From the sequence record SRR31156797_1106: 64,000 nt of DNA; one strand, 5' to 3'. The notes below the pieces were generated by a model. The model was given only the letters and a program-made list of their open reading frames with translations, ran no database searches and was not told where the DNA came from. Shown piece after piece: positions 61,047 to 64,000 of this stretch. A program made the translations under genes and the position numbers. The number at the start of each line of letters is the position of its first letter. Positions within the stretch are counted from its first letter, which is position 1.

Positions 61047-61979
61047 TTGGCAATGATGCATTATATTAACCAATTTGTTTCCTGGCTGCGCATAGAAAGG
61101 GGATATTCTCCGCATACTATCGATGGGTACAGACGTGATGTGATTGAATTTTACCATTTTTGCGAATCACCATCTCACATTGAAGCTATGGATAGTGCAT
61201 CGGTAAAAAGATTCACCGCCTCCTTGTATGCAGTTAACAGCAGCGTCACGGTCGCTCGAAAGCTGTCAGCGTTGCGGACATTTTTCCGCTATTTGATCCG
61301 AGAGGAAGTACTGCATGCAGACCCGCTTGTGGGGATTGCTAATCCTAAAGTGGGGAAGCACATCCCAAATTTTCTTACCGTGGATGAAGTGTTCGCCTTA
61401 CTTGAAGCACCTCTGCCAAAAGACACGTTTCATCATAGGGATCGTGCCATTATGGAAATGTTGTATGCTACAGGGATGCGAGTTTCTGAGCTTGTTGCAA
61501 CTGATGTGGCAGATTATGAATGCGGAGCAGAGGTGGTCTTGGTCAAGGGGAAGGGGCGAAAAGAGAGGGTGGTCCCGTACGGGAGAACAGCAGCAGAGGC
61601 GCTCGGTTGCTACCAGGGCCAGAGGCAGGGGCTTATAGTTGCCCGGGTGAGTCGCGGTCACAAGGCGGAACGAGATGCGATGTTTTTAAATAGCCGCGGA
61701 ACCCGTTTGAGTGTCAGGAGTATCGAGCGATTAATCCGTATGTATGGCGTGCGTGCAGGAATAGAGGTAGCGGTCACTCCCCATGGGCTTCGTCATTCTT
61801 TTGCCACCCATTTACTGGAGATGGGGGCAGATTTGCGCATGGTCCAAGAATTGCTAGGTCATGTTAGCTTGTCGACCACCCAAAAATATACTCATCTCAA
61901 TGTGGAGCATCTCACCCTTGTTTATGATAAGGCTCATCCAAAAGCACAGCTTTCTAATCTTGGTGAGGAAAACAAATAA
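61047..61979 (+). CDS. xerC: Tyrosine recombinase XerC
   Basis: R (GMRVSE), K (GKG.KER), HxxR (HGLRH), LGH, Y (TQKYTH); xerC-hslVU synteny. Confidence 0.9.
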   Translation: MAMMHYINQFVSWLRIERGYSPHTIDGYRRDVIEFYHFCESPSHIEAMDSASVKRFTASLYAVNSSVTVARKLSALRTFFRYLIREEVLHADPLVGIANPKVGKHIPNFLTVDEVFALLEAPLPKDTFHHRDRAIMEMLYATGMRVSELVATDVADYECGAEVVLVKGKGRKERVVPYGRTAAEALGCYQGQRQGLIVARVSRGHKAERDAMFLNSRGTRLSVRSIERLIRMYGVRAGIEVAVTPHGLRHSFATHLLEMGADLRMVQELLGHVSLSTTQKYTHLNVEHLTLVYDKAHPKAQLSNLGEENK

Positions 61980-62112
61980 TGCCCAGATCCGAACAATCTT
62001 GAAAACGCGACTGGCCGAAAGGTGAACAGGGATTGACTCTTGGGTGCCGAGTGCTTAAAATTGCCCAGCAATGTCACTTGTTACCAATGTTGATTATATC
62101 TTTTAAAAAAAT

Positions 62113-62676
62113 ATGAAAAAAATTCGATCTACAACTATAGTTGCCCTGCGCCATAAAGGTGAAGTCGTGGTTGCCGGGGACGGTCAGGTTACCCTGGGCG
62201 CTACTGTCATAAAACATCAGGCAAAAAAGGTGCGCCGGCTGTATCATGATAAGGTTATCACCGGGTTTGCTGGTGCAACGGCTGACGCTTTTACCCTTTA
62301 TGATCGCCTGGAGCAGAAGCTTGAACAGTTTAATGGCAACTTGATGAGAGCAGCGGTGGAACTTGCAAAGGATTGGCGAACAGATAAAATGCTGCGCCGT
62401 CTTGAGGCAATGCTGGTAGCTGTGGATAGTAAATATTCACTGTTACTTTCCGGCAATGGTGACGTGATTGAAGCTGATGACGGTATCATTGCCATCGGTT
62501 CCGGTGGCCCGTATGCGCAGGCTGCTGCAACGGCACTTGTTGCGCATTCTGACCTTGATGCACCCGCAATTGCCAGGAGCGCGCTTGAAATTGCCGGCTC
62601 TATCTGTGTTTATACTAACTCCAATATTGTTGTTGAAAAGATAAATGATGAAAGGACTGAACTCACTCACCCCTAA
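62113..62676 (+). CDS. hslV: ATP-dependent protease subunit HslV
   Basis: [22 protein letters not shown]. Confidence 0.97.
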   Translation: MKKIRSTTIVALRHKGEVVVAGDGQVTLGATVIKHQAKKVRRLYHDKVITGFAGATADAFTLYDRLEQKLEQFNGNLMRAAVELAKDWRTDKMLRRLEAMLVAVDSKYSLLLSGNGDVIEADDGIIAIGSGGPYAQAAATALVAHSDLDAPAIARSALEIAGSICVYTNSNIVVEKINDERTELTHP

Positions 62677-64000
62677 GCAAACAGTAGCAGAGCTTGATCG
62701 TTACATTATCGGTCAGGCTGATGCTAAACGATCGGTCGCAATCGCACTCCGTAACAGGTGGAGGCGGCAGCAGGTTGAATCACCCTTGCGGGAGGAAATT
62801 GCTCCTAAAAATATTATCATGATCGGTCCCACCGGGGTTGGGAAAACAGAGATCGCACGGCGTCTAGCCCATTTGGCCCAAAGCCCCTTTCTTAAGGTGG
62901 AAGCCTCCAAGTTCACCGAGGTCGGTTATGTTGGCCGGGATGTGGAATCAATGGTCAGGGATCTTACCCAGTTGGCTGTAAACATGGTGACCAAGGAAGA
63001 AGAGGGAGGGGTTCAAGAACAGGCAGAGATGCAGGCAGAAGAACGCCTACTTGATTTGCTGCTGCCCCGTGTACCACAGAGGCCTGTCTCTCCACCTGGT
63101 CGGGGTGATAGTTCCGCAGTCGTTTCCTTAGGCTATGATGGTGATGATTCCGCCGCATCAGCCCATCAGCGAGAATCAGGATCAACCAGAGAGCGGTTTC
63201 GCCAGATGTTGAGGAATGGGGAACTTAACGATCGAATGGTGGAACTAGATGTTGCCAGTACCCCGTCTGGTGCCCCTATGGTTGAGGTTTTTTCAGCTTC
63301 TGGGATGGAAGACATGCAAAATTCCCTGCAAGATGCCTTTTCTAAATTTTTTCCGAAAAAGAAGCAGAGTCGAAAAATGAAGGTACCTGAGGCTCTTGAA
63401 TTTTTAAATAAGGAAGAAGCTGAACGATTGGTCGATAATGAAAGCATCACTGAAAAAGCAGTTCGTCGTACCGAACAGTCTGGGATAATTTTTCTTGACG
63501 AGATTGATAAAATTGCCTCTCGTGGAGGAACTGGGTCCGGGTCACCGGAAGTGTCAAGAGAGGGGGTGCAGCGAGATTTATTACCCATTGTTGAGGGGGC
63601 AACCGTTACCACTAAGTACGGTCCAGTGAAAACCGATCATATCCTTTTTATTGCAAGCGGAGCGTTTCATGTCTGTAAACCCTCAGACCTGGTTCCCGAA
63701 CTGCAGGGACGCTTCCCTATCCGGGTAAACCTCAATGCCCTTGGCGAGGACGAATTTTTCCGTATTTTGACAGAGCCGCAGGGCGCGCTGGTCAAACAGT
63801 ACAAAGCTCTTCTTGCCACAGAAGATATTCATACAGTTTTTGAGGAAGAGGCTATTCGGGAAATGGCCAAAATTGCTGTCCATGTCAATCAGAAGACGGA
63901 AGATATCGGTGCTCGTAGACTTCATACGATCATGGAAAGGGTGCTTGATGAGGTGTCCTTTGACGCTTCCGAACGAGAGGATCTTGCTTTTACTGTTACT
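62645..64000 (+). CDS. hslU: ATP-dependent protease ATPase HslU (runs off window end)
   Basis: Manual translation [57 protein letters not shown]. Confidence 0.96.
   Translation, partial: MMKGLNSLTPKQTVAELDRYIIGQADAKRSVAIALRNRWRRQQVESPLREEIAPKNIIMIGPTGVGKTEIARRLAHLAQSPFLKVEASKFTEVGYVGRDVESMVRDLTQLAVNMVTKEEEGGVQEQAEMQAEERLLDLLLPRVPQRPVSPPGRGDSSAVVSLGYDGDDSAASAHQRESGSTRERFRQMLRNGELNDRMVELDVASTPSGAPMVEVFSASGMEDMQNSLQDAFSKFFPKKKQSRKMKVPEALEFLNKEEAERLVDNESITEKAVRRTEQSGIIFLDEIDKIASRGGTGSGSPEVSREGVQRDLLPIVEGATVTTKYGPVKTDHILFIASGAFHVCKPSDLVPELQGRFPIRVNLNALGEDEFFRILTEPQGALVKQYKALLATEDIHTVFEEEAIREMAKIAVHVNQKTEDIGARRLHTIMERVLDEVSFDASEREDLAFTVT

Noticed and set aside
61047..61979. Tyrosine recombinase as phage or island integrase
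   Set aside because: XerC-like size and xerC-hslVU housekeeping context; no cargo genes
63060..63190. Possible frameshift in the low-complexity part of hslU
   Set aside because: Manual translation stays in frame; this is the variable I-domain linker

Overview
A mostly housekeeping chromosomal window from a bacterium; gene content and order suggest Desulfobacterota, Desulfobulbales-like (inference). Core genes: coaD, rsmD, psd, ilvBN, rpmB, sppA, feoAB, glnS-gltX, ispE-tRNA-Gln-prs-rplY-pth, carD, rluD, coaE, rho-rpmE-prfA-prmC-murA, pilR-pilS, tatC, class II fba, dxs-ispA-xseB and xerC-hslV-hslU. I found no prophage, transposase or CRISPR array. Most notable items: (1) an OmpR regulator / LysM-FecR-Fn3-like membrane-anchored protein / CHASE2 sensor operon divergent from glucosylglycerate-type solute genes, with a GTAAA-N5-GTAAA box between them; (2) an archaeal/eukaryotic-type Trm5/TYW2-family methyltransferase; (3) three diverged copies of a ~180 bp structured intergenic repeat with terminal inverted repeats; (4) a Rieske/cytochrome b pair with no cytochrome c, coupled to coaD; (5) an mtnA plus class II aldolase pair; (6) tatC split by a frameshift at a T9 run. 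All assignments come from motif recognition by eye; no database searches were run.
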